A stretch of 64,000 bases of DNA, from NCBI GenBank assembly GCA_964405925.1, contig CAYOQG010000002.1:2132-66131 (forward strand), read 5' to 3'. The notes below the pieces were generated by a model, which ran no database searches, was not told where the DNA came from, and worked only from the letters and a program-made list of their open reading frames with translations. Positions 1 through 9,682 of this stretch are shown here, one piece after another. Every line of letters starts with the position of its first letter. Within the stretch, counting starts at the first letter, position 1. Source of the stretch: an uncultured Phycisphaeraceae bacterium. GTDB lineage: Bacteria; Planctomycetota; Phycisphaerae; UBA1845. Position numbers and translations under genes: made by a program.

Positions 1-794
1 CGACGGTCGAAGACGATTGTCGGCTGTTCACGGAAAGTTGAGAGAACGACCGCCTCGACCGTTGTGACCAGCTCCGGAAGACGGAACCGCCTGGCGACCT
101 GGGCGGCGCTGCCGCGCAAGGCCCGTTCGTTGCCGTGAGGGATGACCTCTGCGTGTGGAACGTCGACGACGCGCGCGGAGCCATCCGCATCTTGGATTTC
201 GAGCCTGATGAAATCCGTTGAGCTTTTGGGCTCGCGGTCCTCATGCAACAAGCCCCGAACGACGTACTCCTTCTCTAGAGGAAGTTGATCGACCCACGCC
301 TGGAATTGGGCCCGCCCGGCATCGTCCGCCATGCCATGAAGGCGGTTGTAGGCACCCTCGACGGCCGGCCAATTCAGTTCGTGAAGTGTACTGCCGTACT
401 GCTCAAAAGAGTCCGCGTCGGTGGCAGCCTGATAAACCCGCATCAGATCCGCCCGAATTCGATCGAATGTCAACGCGGGAGCGTTGAGGGTGTAGTAGCT
501 TGGCGTAGCTGCCCGACCGGCCTCGCGGTCCGCTGCCGTCTGCTCCAAGTCCCGCACCTGAAAATCGACGTCGGCGTAGATCGGGTGCTCGACGCGCTGA
601 CCGATCGAATAGCCGAGTGTCATCTCCCCCAACAGAGCAATAACCGAAATGGCGATCAAGAACAGCAGGCTGGTGAGCATCGACCAGGAAAACAACCGCG
701 CAGAGAACCGCTGTTGCCACGTTCCGGAGACCTTGGCCCGCCGTTCACGCACTTGCTTGCGTCTGCTCTTGCCTGTATTCGCCGACAAAGCCAT
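1..794 (-). CDS. 5' part of a membrane-protein gene that runs off the left edge. It is absent from the ORF track because no stop lies in the window. Positional candidate for the 7TM-HD (PgpH/YqfF-like) gene that often follows phoH.
   Basis: The reverse strand from ATG 794..792 reads MALSANTGKSRRKQVRERRAKVSGTWQQRFSARLFSWSMLTSLLFLIAISVIALLGEMTLGYSIGQRVEHPIYADVDFQV..., with one clear TM helix. I checked every tta/cta/tca on the + strand and none is in this frame down to base 1. The gene is on the same strand as phoH and just downstream of it. The HD domain would lie outside the window, so the family call is contextual only. Confidence 0.45.
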   Translation of the reverse strand, partial: MALSANTGKSRRKQVRERRAKVSGTWQQRFSARLFSWSMLTSLLFLIAISVIALLGEMTLGYSIGQRVEHPIYADVDFQVRDLEQTAADREAGRAATPSYYTLNAPALTFDRIRADLMRVYQAATDADSFEQYGSTLHELNWPAVEGAYNRLHGMADDAGRAQFQAWVDQLPLEKEYVVRGLLHEDREPKSSTDFIRLEIQDADGSARVVDVPHAEVIPHGNERALRGSAAQVARRFRLPELVTTVEAVVLSTFREQPTIVFDR

Positions 795-913
795 GGTGCT
801 AGGTCCGACACAAAGTCGTCTTACCGGAGAGACAGGCGTTTATCGGCTGGATCGAGTGATACGCTCGACACGGCCGAGGGCTCGACCCACGCGTTACATG
901 CCCGGCACGATTA

Positions 914-1855
914 TCAGACGCTCGGTCCGTTCCGCCCATAAGCCTCTACAATTCGCTGAACGAGCGGGTGCCGAACGATGTCACTGCGACCCAGGCGCAA
1001 CACAGCCACCCCACGGATTCCCTGAAGCCGGTCTACCGCATCGGTAAACCCGCTCGTCTCTCCAGTGGCCAAATCGCTCTGACTGTCATCACCCGTCACG
1101 ATCATCTTGCTGTGATGCCCGAGCCGGGTCAGAAACATCAACATCTGTCCCGTCGTCGCATTCTGCGCCTCGTCCAAAATGATAGCTGCGCTGTTCAGGG
1201 TCCGCCCGCGCATGAAAGCAAGCGGGACCACCTCAATTACGTCGTTTTGCATGAAACGTTTGATCTGCTCAAACGTCATCATGTCGTGCATCGCATCGAA
1301 CAGCGGACGCAAGTAAGGGTTTACCTTGGCCTGCAGATCACCGGGCAAGTAGCCTAGCTTCTCCCCAGCCTCCACCGCGGGTCGCACAAGAACGATACGC
1401 TTGATCTTGTGGTGCTTCAGTAGTGACACCGAAACCGCAACCGCCAAGTAGGTCTTCCCCGTCCCTGCCGGACCGAGGCAAAAAGCCAGGTCGTTCTGCG
1501 CAATCGCCTCGACGTATCGCCGCTGACCTTCAGTCTTTGGGACCACCGACGTTGATTTCAGGAATACGTCGATCGGCACGTCCGAGGCAGGACGACCGTT
1601 ATTCGCCGCCAGCTCGATCGCCACGTGAACCTCTTCATCTGAGATATCGGGCCGAGACCGGAGCAGCCGCTGAAGCTCCTCGATCACCCCTGCCGCTTTC
1701 TGCACTTCATCGTTGCAGCCACTGACGTGAACCGCGTTATCGCGAGCGCAGATCTTGACGTTAAACGCAGCACGAATCAGACGAAGGTTCCGGTCTGCTG
1801 TTCCATAGAGGGAAACGCGGCGTGACGGATCCTCGATGGGTATCGTCTTTTCCAA
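914..1855 (-). CDS. phoH: PhoH-family ATPase (PhoH/YbeZ-like)
   Basis: Contains a Walker A motif (GPAGTGKTYLAVAVSV), then LVRPAVEAGEKLGYLPGDLQAKVNPYLRPLFDA and IILDEAQN, which is the typical PhoH signature. Length is 313 aa. Confidence 0.9.
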   Translation of the reverse strand: MEKTIPIEDPSRRVSLYGTADRNLRLIRAAFNVKICARDNAVHVSGCNDEVQKAAGVIEELQRLLRSRPDISDEEVHVAIELAANNGRPASDVPIDVFLKSTSVVPKTEGQRRYVEAIAQNDLAFCLGPAGTGKTYLAVAVSVSLLKHHKIKRIVLVRPAVEAGEKLGYLPGDLQAKVNPYLRPLFDAMHDMMTFEQIKRFMQNDVIEVVPLAFMRGRTLNSAAIILDEAQNATTGQMLMFLTRLGHHSKMIVTGDDSQSDLATGETSGFTDAVDRLQGIRGVAVLRLGRSDIVRHPLVQRIVEAYGRNGPSV

Positions 1856-1937
1856 ACGTTATCGCTTTGTCAGATCGACAGTCGGGTTACGTCCTATCCT
1901 ACCTGCCTGCGGCTGGCACCTAAGTCCCACTGGGAGC

Positions 1938-2900
1938 TTACACCACGTTAAACACTGCCGTAAGGAGAAACCACGCAACAGGTAACGCTAGCACCGGGCT
2001 GTCTATCAAATCAAGTATACCTCCATATCGAGGGATCAGCTCACCTGAATCTTTAGTGCCAGCGTCACGCTTAAAGCTAGACTCGAATAAATCCCCAACT
2101 TGACCCGCGATTGACAGGAGGGCCCCGATCAAGAATGCCCAGCCGACCGGCCCGAAGCTCCCAGCGGCGGCCAATTCGCCGTGTGAACGTAACACCTGGA
2201 CCTCCCCATCCCCCGCGGCGTAGGCGAAACCAGCCGCCGCCAACCCGCTTGCCAACAGCCCACCGACGGTCCCCTCAACCGTTTTTCCTGGGCTCAGCCT
2301 AGGGGCGAGTTTATGCTGGCCAAACGCCGACCCCACGAAATAGGCTCCGATGTCGGAGGCCTTTATCGTCAGGAGGGCGATGAGTAACAGCCAGGCCCCG
2401 TCGTCTCCCGGGACATCACGCCCACACCGAAGCTGGACGCCGAATGACGCTAGGAAACCAAGGTAAAAGATTGGGGTGCATGTCGCCCCGAAATCCCGCA
2501 TAGCGCCATCTGGATTGTGACGCCACACGGTGAGGACCGCGGCCCCAGCCACGGCAACCATCAAGACCAACAGCTCCCAGTACAGCCCCTCGACGGCCAC
2601 GGGAAACTCTCCGAGCCAACCAGCGGCCGACAACCAGGGACACAGCACTAGTGCTGCGACCATGACGCAGGCGAACTTAAGGTGTGGCCGTGCCGCCGTA
2701 CCGCGCAGCAGCCGCCCTAGCTCCAACGTCCCCAACAGGGCGAGCAGCAAGAATAGCAGGGGAATCACGCTGCCCTGCGATAGCAACTCACCCAGAGCAT
2801 TGTCGAAGGCCTCCGATTCCTGGGCGATCTTGATATCGACAGTAAAGGCGAGCACCAGCACCGCGATCGCCAGTGCCCCGTATGCCATTCGTTGAATCAT
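1938..2900 (-). CDS. cdsA: Phosphatidate cytidylyltransferase (CDP-diglyceride synthase)
   Basis: The C-terminal signature SDIGAYFVGSAFGQHKLAPRLSPGKTVEGTVGG...FKRDAGTKDSGELIPRYGGILDLIDS is present, and the protein has multiple TM helices. The tracked ORF (to 3371) has an Arg/Ser-rich non-protein-like N-terminus. I place the start at MIQRMAYGALAIAVL (cat at 2898..2900). Confidence 0.85.
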   Translation of the reverse strand: MIQRMAYGALAIAVLVLAFTVDIKIAQESEAFDNALGELLSQGSVIPLLFLLLALLGTLELGRLLRGTAARPHLKFACVMVAALVLCPWLSAAGWLGEFPVAVEGLYWELLVLMVAVAGAAVLTVWRHNPDGAMRDFGATCTPIFYLGFLASFGVQLRCGRDVPGDDGAWLLLIALLTIKASDIGAYFVGSAFGQHKLAPRLSPGKTVEGTVGGLLASGLAAAGFAYAAGDGEVQVLRSHGELAAAGSFGPVGWAFLIGALLSIAGQVGDLFESSFKRDAGTKDSGELIPRYGGILDLIDSPVLALPVAWFLLTAVFNVV

Positions 2901-3177
2901 GGCGGATGTTGATCCTGTGCCAGATGCCCAGCCCCGACGTACGTCGGGAGAACACCGCAGCACAATAATGGCCACCCGCTTTGCTGTCCAACCGGCGACG
3001 GCCAGCCGGGTGGCCCAGACCATCCGCGAGGACTTTGAGGCTTGGCGAGACCGTCGTTTACAGACAATCTGAGGCGTTGCCTCATCACGGGATTGCCGTT
3101 CGTCTAGTAGCACGCCTAGAATCTCCCGCACGTGGTCCAACAGGCATGCGCGGGCGAATAGATGGAGTGAGAGAGGA

Positions 3178-5616
3178 ATGAGTGGGGCGTTTTGTCCAGT
3201 CTTAGCGTGGTTGGGAGTTGTCGCAGCGACCGACACTCCCAGACTGGACCTTGCCCGTGAGTTCGAACGTCTCGCGGCCGGAGCCGGCCCGCCCGAGCAA
3301 GAGGTCGTCGATGATCTTGCCAGCCACGGACTCGAAGCGCTCGCCTTCCTGTTTGAGTCATTCGACGACATTGATCACATGGCCAAGTCATGGTTTCGCG
3401 AAATGGTCGTCCCGAAGCTGCCGCCGGGAGAAACGAGCAAGGTCCTGGTCGACGAGTTTCGTCGGGGGACTGAGGTCCTCGAGCAAGTCATCCGCCTGCA
3501 AGATCGCGAAGAACAAGACGGGAGATCACAGGCACTCGAGACCGCCTACGCCAGAATCGAGAGCCGGTACCGCCGGTGGCAGTGGAGTGCCGAAACCATC
3601 GGCACCCTGGGTCATAGCGAAGATTACGACGTCATCTACGCGGTCTACCGTCGGTTTATGAGGATCAAGAAGCCCCACTACTATTTGGCTCGCGCGCTGT
3701 ATGACATCGACCCCGATCGGGCGGTTCGCGACTTCTCGTCACTGGTTGGTGAGACGGACGATGGGCTCAGACTGAAAGGCATCGCGTCGTTTCGGCAAGT
3801 AGGCCACGTGCCGGGTTGCGAGACAGTTGCGCGCCTCATCGATGATCCGATCGAAGAGATACGTCGCCAGGCCCAGCAACTCATCTACCGACTCGACATG
3901 GAGTGCCTTGATGTTCTGATCGCGCTCAGCGGCCACCAGGATCTGCACGTGCACGAGGCGGCTAACCAACGATTGCAGTGGCTCGCCTACATCCCTGAGG
4001 CTCACGTGAAGGAACTGATGTCGATGGCAGACACACGTCAGAAGTGGGCTACCGTCTGGCGGAACTGGTGGAGCAGGGGTCGACACCTTTCGGAAGAAGA
4101 TCGGCGGCGCAACGGGTTAGCCGTGGGGCTTCGTTTGGCTGAGGACAACCTGGACAAGAAACTCCTGAGCTTTCTCAGCGGCTTCCCAGCCTCTCCCGAG
4201 GTCTACCCGATCCTACATCGTGCACTGACTGACGCGGATCCATCCTTGAAGAAGTGGGGTGGGGACGCCCTCCGAAGGATGGTCGGGCAAGGGGACAGTC
4301 GGGCGGTTGAGTTTCTGATCGACTACTGCACGAAGCGACCGCTCGAAGAGACGATTGCATTTGTCAACACATTGGCTAAGACCGCCGATCCCCGGGCAGT
4401 TGAGGTTTTGCTGCGTATGTTGGAGGAAGATCCGGGCGAGAACCAGACCTGGCCTCGGCAAGTTCTGTATGCATTGGGGAGCACCGGGGATCGCCGTGCC
4501 GTCGCGCCGGTTCTCCGTTGGCTTCTTGAGAAGACCGACGGCTCCGAACAGATCGCCGCGACGGTCCTTCCGCAGCTTGAAGGCGCCGAGTCAGTTCAAC
4601 CTCAGTTATTGCAGCGACTATTGCGCGAGCCGAACCACAACACACGCTACGCCCTCCGAAAAGCGATGGAAGCCATCGGCGGTGAGGGTTTTGCGGCTGA
4701 GCTCGTTCGTGTTCTTCCCCAGGCGGATACCGGCGATGAGACCTTCGCGGGACCGCAGAAGGATGTGCTGCTCCTTATGGAAGTGTATCCCGATCCGGCG
4801 GCGAAGCCGCTTTTGTTGGGGCTGCTCGAGACGGACAATCGCTTTTCACACCTTTACGCAGCTCGCGTGCTTGGAAAGCTCGGCGATGATGCTGGCGTGC
4901 CCTTGCTTCTGCGAGATCTATTCACAAAGCACCCGGTCCCGTTTCATTATCACGCCCATGACGTGGGTCAGGCGCTCAAGGACATTGGCGCCCCAGATAC
5001 GCGGGAACGACTGGAAGCGCTTTATCACACAGTCCAGGGAGAGGATCGCATTCGCGTCTTACGCGTCATCGCCCAACAGGAGGACCCTTCGTACTTGCCG
5101 TTCCTCACGGGGTTGATCGACAAGTCCGACGATCCCGCGGTGGTGTCCGGAGCAGGGTTTGCGGTCGCACAACTGATTTACAGCGTCAACAACGACAGGC
5201 GGAAGCAGCATGTTGCGATAACCGAGGAGCGGCTTGCTACAGCTACACTCGCCCTCCGGTGGGCATTCCACGACGAGCGTATGCGCGCCGTCGACGGACG
5301 CTTCCCGGACCACGGCCTACTACAAAAGAGGCAGGGTGCGGTGCTGAAAGTTGGGCGATACGAGCACCTTCTGTACACATCAAGCACCAAGACGCTTCGC
5401 AGACTTTCGCCGGAGAACGCTGATGACGCAGAGCTCATCCAGTTGGCCAAGCCTCGGTCTGAGGATTCGTTCGCTTATGGGGAGGTAACCTGGACGGAGT
5501 ACGGCGAGTTCCTGACCCTCAGCCTGGGAATCGACTATGGCGGAGCCAGCTACCTGTTCAGGACTAGAGCCGGGCGTTGGATTCCGGTCTGTTACGTCGG
5601 TGGTTGGATCGAGTGA
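3178..5616 (+). CDS. HEAT-repeat domain protein (function unknown)
   Basis: Recurrent HEAT/PBS-lyase-like repeats occur at regular spacing, for example DPRAVEVLLRMLEED, GDRRAVAPVLRWLLE and GDDAGVPLLLRDL. The gene is divergent from cdsA. The start codon is not verified. Confidence 0.7.
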   Translation: MSGAFCPVLAWLGVVAATDTPRLDLAREFERLAAGAGPPEQEVVDDLASHGLEALAFLFESFDDIDHMAKSWFREMVVPKLPPGETSKVLVDEFRRGTEVLEQVIRLQDREEQDGRSQALETAYARIESRYRRWQWSAETIGTLGHSEDYDVIYAVYRRFMRIKKPHYYLARALYDIDPDRAVRDFSSLVGETDDGLRLKGIASFRQVGHVPGCETVARLIDDPIEEIRRQAQQLIYRLDMECLDVLIALSGHQDLHVHEAANQRLQWLAYIPEAHVKELMSMADTRQKWATVWRNWWSRGRHLSEEDRRRNGLAVGLRLAEDNLDKKLLSFLSGFPASPEVYPILHRALTDADPSLKKWGGDALRRMVGQGDSRAVEFLIDYCTKRPLEETIAFVNTLAKTADPRAVEVLLRMLEEDPGENQTWPRQVLYALGSTGDRRAVAPVLRWLLEKTDGSEQIAATVLPQLEGAESVQPQLLQRLLREPNHNTRYALRKAMEAIGGEGFAAELVRVLPQADTGDETFAGPQKDVLLLMEVYPDPAAKPLLLGLLETDNRFSHLYAARVLGKLGDDAGVPLLLRDLFTKHPVPFHYHAHDVGQALKDIGAPDTRERLEALYHTVQGEDRIRVLRVIAQQEDPSYLPFLTGLIDKSDDPAVVSGAGFAVAQLIYSVNNDRRKQHVAITEERLATATLALRWAFHDERMRAVDGRFPDHGLLQKRQGAVLKVGRYEHLLYTSSTKTLRRLSPENADDAELIQLAKPRSEDSFAYGEVTWTEYGEFLTLSLGIDYGGASYLFRTRAGRWIPVCYVGGWIE

Positions 5617-5756
5617 CTTCGTTTTTTCGCGGGAGCGGTTTGCCGGTGTCGGGCGTTGTTGTCTTGTTTGCTCGCCGCTCAGACGCCCTGACGTAGAGAC
5701 GCCCGAGCTCCAAGGGTTGACGGAGCGGTGAGGGCCTGATTCAATCCCGTCTTGCA

Positions 5757-5829
<73 letters not shown>

Positions 5830-5978
5830 TTGCCGTTTGGGGCCTCTGAGCCTGCGAAAACACCGTTTCCTCCAGTTGATGCCCCGTGACCATCCTCCGC
5901 GTTTGCGACGCTTTGCGAGTCGATGCGAGAGCTTGCTGCACCGCATTCTGCGGCGATTTCCGAAGTGGTCGGATTGAC

Positions 5979-6500
5979 CGATTCGTCTGCAAGGCCCGCG
6001 GCTCGATCGAACATTTCGTTGGTCACTTGCACGTAGTGCTCGCGGGTAATCGCCTCACTGTGTCCCAGCCAAGCCGACACCGCATGTTTCGGAAACCGCT
6101 CGGACCACTCGGTCTCGCAGAATCGGGGCAGAACCTGGAAGCGGCGGCCAAATGGCAAGATGCTTCAGACGAGGCTGCACAACAAGCCTGTGGGGAGAGA
6201 CCCATCAGTCAAATCGGGTCGGCGGTTTTTCTGGTAAGCGGAACGCAGACACCCGGTGGGAATGCGGGTTTGGGGATCCGCCTTCGGGTTGTTGACGGCT
6301 CGGCGCACTTCCGCCTGCAAGGTTGGGGCGTGGATCGACGATATGTCGAAAGGTCGTGTGAGAGTTTGCTTCTCAGTCGCCGTCGGACTTCCCACGGTAG
6401 CGGAACTGACCCGGGTACCCGCGTCGCCGGTTGCCGAAGGGGTCCATGACGGACAGCGGTCTAATCGTGGAGGTCGCAGGCCTCCACCGGCTCGATAGAG
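5979..6500 (-). pseudogene. Eroded tyrosine recombinase (phage-type integrase) abutting tRNA-Lys
   Basis: The C-terminal catalytic region is recognisable: ...CETEWSERFPKHAVSAWLGHSEAITREHYVQV (the LGHS...HY motif). ORFs 6165..6629 and 5763..6158 are in the same frame, separated by one in-frame stop (6165..6167). Upstream only degenerate integrase-like spacing remains (SPTATEKQTLTRPFDI...), and no intact N-terminal domain is visible. The 5' limit is approximate. Confidence 0.55.
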
Positions 6501-6507
6501 AGCGCAC

Positions 6508-7455
6508 GTGCGTGGTTCCCTGCGCCGAACGGCTATGAAGAAAACAGAAAACGCAGCACAACGCCCCAGGCTAAGGCACGGACTGGCAATGGGACAGGCA
6601 TTGCCGTGTCCCATCTGTGACAACCTCAAGGTACAAGTGGTCCACTTTCCCGCAAATCCGGAGCCGTACCCGAACTGCCCGCCCTGGCCCGCACACGAGA
6701 AGTTCCATTGCGACGCATGCCATTACGTCTGGAGCAATCGCTTTACCGGACTCGACCTGACAGCCTATGGTCACGAATACGTCAATGCCAACTCCGATGT
6801 GCAACGCGTGCCCAACGAGAGGATGACGGACTCGCCTAAGTTGTTGGATTTGCTCTTGGGCTGGACCGACGGCAGGCGATTTCTTGAGTGGGGTGTTGGC
6901 TTCAATACACCCTACATCGAGGAGGTCAGGTCGCTGGAGATCGACCTGTGGGCGTGTGACATCAGCGAGGCAGTTCCCTACGGCGGGCATGTGGTGAAAC
7001 TGCCTGAGGAGTCTCACAGACTCACTGCCGCACCGTTTGACGGCATTTTCAGCCAGGACGTGGTCGAGCACTTCAACGACCCCGTAAAAGACTACCAGCG
7101 GTTGCGGGCGACGCTTCGCCCGGGCGGGCTGCTGCTATCGAGCACGCCCGTCTTGGAGCATGTCTGGAACGGGCGAGAACCGGTGCCCGATCACATATGG
7201 TTGTGGACGCCTTGGCATTCATCCCTGTGCTCCTCACGGTCGATGGCGATGCTGGCGGCCAAAGCCGGGCTCGACTTCGTGGCCACGATCCCGGTTCCGA
7301 CGATCTGCGGTCGGGCGTTTCTCCTCCGCCGACCAGACGGCCAGGACGCTCGATGGGACATGACCCGCACGGGCACACCGCAGACCGTCGCTCTACGCCA
7401 AAAGCTACAGAGCTACATTGCAGCGCGCCCCTGGCCGAGAAGGGCAGACTCCTAA
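6508..7455 (+). CDS. Class I SAM-dependent methyltransferase with an N-terminal Cys-rich (zinc-ribbon-like) segment
   Basis: Methyltransferase-like motifs are FLEWGVGFN (motif I-like), LWACDIS, FDGIFSQDVVEHFNDP and LRPGGLLLSSTP. The N-terminus has CPICDN...CDACHY. The real start may be MGQALPCPIC at 6589. Confidence 0.7.
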   Translation: MRGSLRRTAMKKTENAAQRPRLRHGLAMGQALPCPICDNLKVQVVHFPANPEPYPNCPPWPAHEKFHCDACHYVWSNRFTGLDLTAYGHEYVNANSDVQRVPNERMTDSPKLLDLLLGWTDGRRFLEWGVGFNTPYIEEVRSLEIDLWACDISEAVPYGGHVVKLPEESHRLTAAPFDGIFSQDVVEHFNDPVKDYQRLRATLRPGGLLLSSTPVLEHVWNGREPVPDHIWLWTPWHSSLCSSRSMAMLAAKAGLDFVATIPVPTICGRAFLLRRPDGQDARWDMTRTGTPQTVALRQKLQSYIAARPWPRRADS

Positions 7456-7631
7456 GCCGAGTGTTCCTATCCCTCGCGCCGCAGGGCGGGGAACTGAGTT
7501 CTCACCGATCAGTCCTTCCGCTTTCCTAGCGGAGAGGAGCGGGCACCGCCCCGCACCCGATGCCGACGAGTTGTGGCATCAGACGACGCCCCGGCAACGC
7601 ACTTGCTGTCACTCCCGGGCAGAGCGCGACG

Positions 7632-7997
7632 TCACTGCGAATCGCTTGCGGGGGATGCGCCACTCAGTTCGTCCAACAGGGCGACGGCCCGGCGAAGGTG
7701 GGGGATCACGATCGATCCGCCGACGATGAGGCCGACGTTGAAGATCTCAAAAAGCTGCTCGTCCGTCGCCCCCAGCTCCTTGCAGCGAATGACGTGGCAG
7801 GCAATGCAATCGTCGCAGCGCAGGACCATCGAGGCGGACAAACCCGCAAGCTCCTTGGTGAGCGGGTCAAGGGCACCCTCCTGGTAGGCTTGCGTATCCA
7901 ACGTGAAAAACCGATTGATCGACCGGTTCTTCTGACCCAGAATCCGCTCGTTCATCCTCTCCCGGAATTCCCGAAACTCGCCCAATCGTTCGCTCAT
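7632..7997 (-). CDS. Carboxymuconolactone decarboxylase (AhpD-like/CMD) family protein
   Basis: LDPLTKELAGLSASMVLRCDDCIACHVIRCKELGATDEQLFEIFNVGLIVGGSIVIPHL shows the CxxC-containing CMD fold signature. I chose the start at MSERLGEFREF (cat at 7995..7997). Confidence 0.75.
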   Translation of the reverse strand: MSERLGEFREFRERMNERILGQKNRSINRFFTLDTQAYQEGALDPLTKELAGLSASMVLRCDDCIACHVIRCKELGATDEQLFEIFNVGLIVGGSIVIPHLRRAVALLDELSGASPASDSQ

Positions 7998-8246
7998 GCC
8001 GATCGCTCCGTCTCGCGCCGGGCCCGACGTTGCGTCGGGACCCCAAAGCACCTCGTCTGGGTCTGGTCAGGCAGCCCCTCTGGACTTTCGGTCTGTGTTG
8101 GGTTATCAGGGATGCCGATCGCAGCCCGCGTCGAGCATAGCACGGGTTCAGACAACGAGAAACCTGTCGCCTCCACGCGAGGGCAGGGCGATCATAGCGA
8201 CTTACAGGAGGACCTATGCCGACGTGGTCGCAACCGAGTTATATCG

Positions 8247-8558
8247 ATGATTCCGCTGATTGAAGACAACCGCCAAGCCATCGAAGCCCTGTGCCGGAAG
8301 TACCACGTAGCCAAGTTGGAGGTCTTCGGCTCGGCGGCTGACGAGACCATGCACACAGCGCGCAGCGACGTGGACTTCCTCGTCGAATTCGAACCGGGCG
8401 CAGACCTGGGCCCGTGGATGTCCGCGTACTTCGACCTGAAGGACGGGCTCCAGGGTGTGCTCGGTCGCCCGGTAGACCTGGTCATGGTTGGGGCGTTGCG
8501 GAACCCGTACTTTATCAAAGAAGTCAATCGAACGAGAAGTCTTGTTTATGGATCCTAA
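8247..8558 (+). CDS. Nucleotidyltransferase-domain protein (MNT-type antitoxin-like)
   Basis: KLEVFGSAADETMHTARSDVDFLVEF is the GS...D.D minimal NTase motif. The small size (103 aa) is typical of the MNT partners of HEPN toxins. Only the 3' third of tracked ORF 7560..8558 looks protein-like. Confidence 0.75.
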   Translation: MIPLIEDNRQAIEALCRKYHVAKLEVFGSAADETMHTARSDVDFLVEFEPGADLGPWMSAYFDLKDGLQGVLGRPVDLVMVGALRNPYFIKEVNRTRSLVYGS

Positions 8559-8628
8559 GCCCATCAAGCTGCTGAACGACGTTGTTGATCGCGCCATGTT
8601 AATATACTACGCAGTGTCTGGGCTTTGA
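8548..8628 (+). pseudogene. Truncated HEPN (DUF86-like) toxin remnant, 26 codons
   Basis: An ATG overlapping the MNT stop (ttATGgatccTAA) opens MDPKPIKLLNDVVDRAMLIYYAVSGL*. This resembles the N-terminus of DUF86/HEPN partners and then stops. The call rests on position and a short motif only. Confidence 0.4.
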
Positions 8629-8866
8629 CTGTGTTCTTGATGTTAGATTCCAAAGATGTGTTCAAGCGCGAACCGTGCGCCCACCGCTGACGATGGCGAT
8701 GTGACGCGCGTGCGGCAACTTGCCGCCCCCTTGGTCGTGGGTGTCGGCAACTTTGTGGCACGAAGTGCAGGAACCTGCGTGGAGTTTCGGGATATTGGCT
8801 GAACCCGAGAGACAGCGTTGGGCACCGACCCGGTTTCTGCGACACGAGAAGACACTGTCAACAAGT

Positions 8867-9682
8867 ATGGATACAGCCATCGTCGTAACCGATGCTGGCC
8901 GGGCGCACATCAAGGTCATGCGGAACAACGAAGGCCCACACGCTCTCGCGTGCGAGCTTGTGTGTACGCAATTGGCGGAGTGGTTCAAGCTTCCAACGCT
9001 GGAGCGGACAATAATTGTGCTGGAAGATTGTGATACCTTCGACCTGAACAAAGGGCGTTGCGCGCATCCGGGATCAGCCTTCAGCACACGTACTGTCCCC
9101 AACGCCCACCCGTGGAGTGGGGCGGAGTCCGAGTTGAAGCGGGTCATCAACCGAGAGGCGATCACACGACTGGTTATATTCGATACGTGGATACGCAACG
9201 ATGATCGGTACCCACCCCAGAACGATGCCGGCCAGCGTCAATCGGATTGGACGCCTAGGCATGAGAATGTCCTGCTCGCGCAAGCGCCTGGAATGACTGG
9301 GAAGCTGAGGCTGATCGCGATGGACTTCAGTCGGGGCCTGACAAGGGGCAAGGAGCTTCCGGGCGATCTTGCAGCGCACAGTGCGCGGCGAGACGAGAAC
9401 ATCTATGGGTTGTTCCCTGAATTCAAGACCTTCGTAAAGCAGGATCTTGTGGACGGCGCGGTCAAGGAGCTCAAGATGTTGAAGCGGGGTACGGTCGAGA
9501 ACGCCGTGCAGGCGATTCCGGAGGAATGGGAGGTCAGCGCCTCCGCACGACGTACGGTCGGGGATTTCCTCTGCGAGCGTGCAAGTTACCTGGCCGATAC
9601 GATCAAAGCCCGGCTCGCGCCGCTATGCTATGCACAGGAGGAGCTTCCGTTTGAGGAGACGCGGTCCCAGGGGGAGGCATGA
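8867..9682 (+). CDS. HipA-like kinase-family protein
   Basis: LVIFDTWIRNDDRYPPQN...ENVLL...LRLIAMDFSRG matches the catalytic-loop pattern of HipA-like kinases (FD.WI.N.DR...N...iD). The start is taken at MDTAIVVTDAGRAHIKVM (8867). There is a 4-nt ATGA overlap with the next gene. Confidence 0.7.
   Translation: MDTAIVVTDAGRAHIKVMRNNEGPHALACELVCTQLAEWFKLPTLERTIIVLEDCDTFDLNKGRCAHPGSAFSTRTVPNAHPWSGAESELKRVINREAITRLVIFDTWIRNDDRYPPQNDAGQRQSDWTPRHENVLLAQAPGMTGKLRLIAMDFSRGLTRGKELPGDLAAHSARRDENIYGLFPEFKTFVKQDLVDGAVKELKMLKRGTVENAVQAIPEEWEVSASARRTVGDFLCERASYLADTIKARLAPLCYAQEELPFEETRSQGEA

Noticed and set aside
2901-3371. The N-terminal 157-aa extension of the cdsA ORF
   Set aside because: The extension is Ser/Arg/Ala-rich and non-membrane, unlike CdsA. 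A clean internal start precedes the first TM helix. The extension would also overlap the divergent HEAT-repeat gene region.
7560-8246. The 5' two-thirds of ORF 7560..8558
   Set aside because: This part is antisense to the CMD-family gene and low-complexity. Only the MNT-like C-terminal 103 aa look real.
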